Source: Octopus sinensis (taxonomy: Eukaryota). From it: 64,000 nt of DNA. Location of the stretch: the NCBI RefSeq assembly GCF_006345805.1, contig NC_043011.1, positions 56,432,464-56,496,463 on the forward strand. Reading direction: 5' to 3'. The number at the start of each line of letters is the position of its first letter. Position 1 is the stretch's first letter. Made by a program: the position numbers and the translations under genes. A model generated the notes under the pieces. That model had not been told where the DNA came from and did not search any database. It saw nothing but the letters and a program-made list of their open reading frames with translations. Below, in pieces: positions 62,862 to 64,000 of the stretch.

Positions 62862-63100
62862 GATAGATGAGTGGTTGGTGAGAACTGTACAAGCCATGTA
62901 CAAGGATGATGTCAGTGGGGTGACAAGTCAGCAATGAGTATAGCAACAAATTTAGTGTACAGGTAGGGGGTCACCAAGGATCAGTTCTTATTCCCCTCTT
63001 CTTTATCATAGTCCTCCAGGCCATGACAGAGGGATTTCAGACTGGTTACCCTTGGGAGCTCCTCTATGACATTGTTCTACCAGAATTAGAGAAGAAATTT
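62862..63100 (+). pseudogene. RTE reverse transcriptase fossil
   Basis: DEWLVRTVQAMY..VQVGGHQGSVLIPLFFIIVLQAMT..PWELLYD (YADD motif damaged). Confidence 0.8.
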
Positions 63101-64000
63101 CATAGTCCCTTACCAGCCGTTCCAATTTTTCTCACCATCACTTGTTACAGTCACCTCTTCCCTCATCTCCCTTCAAACTCTTATGGAACATCCTCCCTCT
63201 GTCCCCTCTGTACCACTTAACCCCCTCCCCCTCCCCACTGTTATCTGTGGCTAGGTCCTGGTGACTCTCCAACACTATCTATTTTTTTCTCTATCTCCAT
63301 CTCTCCTTTCTCTCCTCTTTTTTTCTCCTCTACAATAAGCTCTGTCCCTCGGTTACACTTTGAGCTCTCACCTGGCACAAGGCCGTCTCTCTTGGTTCCA
63401 CTCATTCTCCTAGCTCAGAAGTGTTACTTGGTGACCTTTCTGTTGTAGGGGGCCACATAAAAAGCACCCAGAAACATTTTGTAAAGTGGTTGGCATTAGG
63501 GAGGGCACCAGGCTGTAGAAATCATGCCAAAGCAGACAACGAAGCCTGGTCCAACTCATGTCAGCATGGCAAATGGATGTTAAATGGTGGTGGTGGTGGT
63601 GGGGGTGGGGGTGGTGGTGAAGCTTCTATGTTGTTGCTTTGGTCTGCTGTAAATAGAAGCTAAATCTCACGAAGGTCACACTCCACCATCTTAAAAAGTA
63701 AAGGAAAGAAACATTAGATAATGTAGTCCTAGATACACAATGTCAGTAAGCGTAATAGTTGTAGGTTGAATGCCTTTGATCATTGCTCTGTCTTGATTGA
63801 GGCTGGCTTGAAACCAAAGCCATGACCACCACCACCACCACCACAACAACAACAACAACAATAGCTGCTGTTGCTGTTGAGCGAAGCGGTCTTCGTCTTA
63901 GAAGTCTGAAATGTGGTCCTTTGCTATTCGTAAGACCCGCAGAAGAGAAAGCAGGTCAACCCCCGACACCGAGAGCATCGACGGATGGATGAATGCGCAT

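Overview
AT-rich, repeat-dense animal genomic DNA. The SINE/RTE repeat set and microsatellites point to an octopus (inference). The window is dominated by the 5' part of a + strand SPEF2 (sperm flagellar 2) gene. Seven phase-compatible coding exons between 10,626 and 61,961 join into one open frame covering the N-terminal CH-like domain and coiled coil. The first coding exon was not found, and the gene continues past the window. Upstream, three in-frame exons (4-93, 1569-1640, 5540-5630) look like the 3' end of another + strand gene that I cannot name. A consensus RFX X-box sits at 7.9 kb. The introns contain tRNA-derived SINEs, RTE LINE fragments and their ubiquitous 3' UTR, two same-orientation nests of R4/Dong-like fragments at (TAA)n tracts, a decayed Tigger/pogo transposase, hAT/piggyBac/Helitron-like non-autonomous elements and long simple repeats. 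The most notable observations are: two degenerate hammerhead-ribozyme-like motifs next to (TA)n tracts; a (TAA)n-embedded ~470 bp non-autonomous element; inverted RTE UTRs bracketing a SPEF2 exon; a 276 bp palindrome; and candidate poison or alternative splice sites in SPEF2. No tools were used, so all homology calls come from recalled family motifs and need database confirmation. I found no convincing wholly novel multi-gene system.
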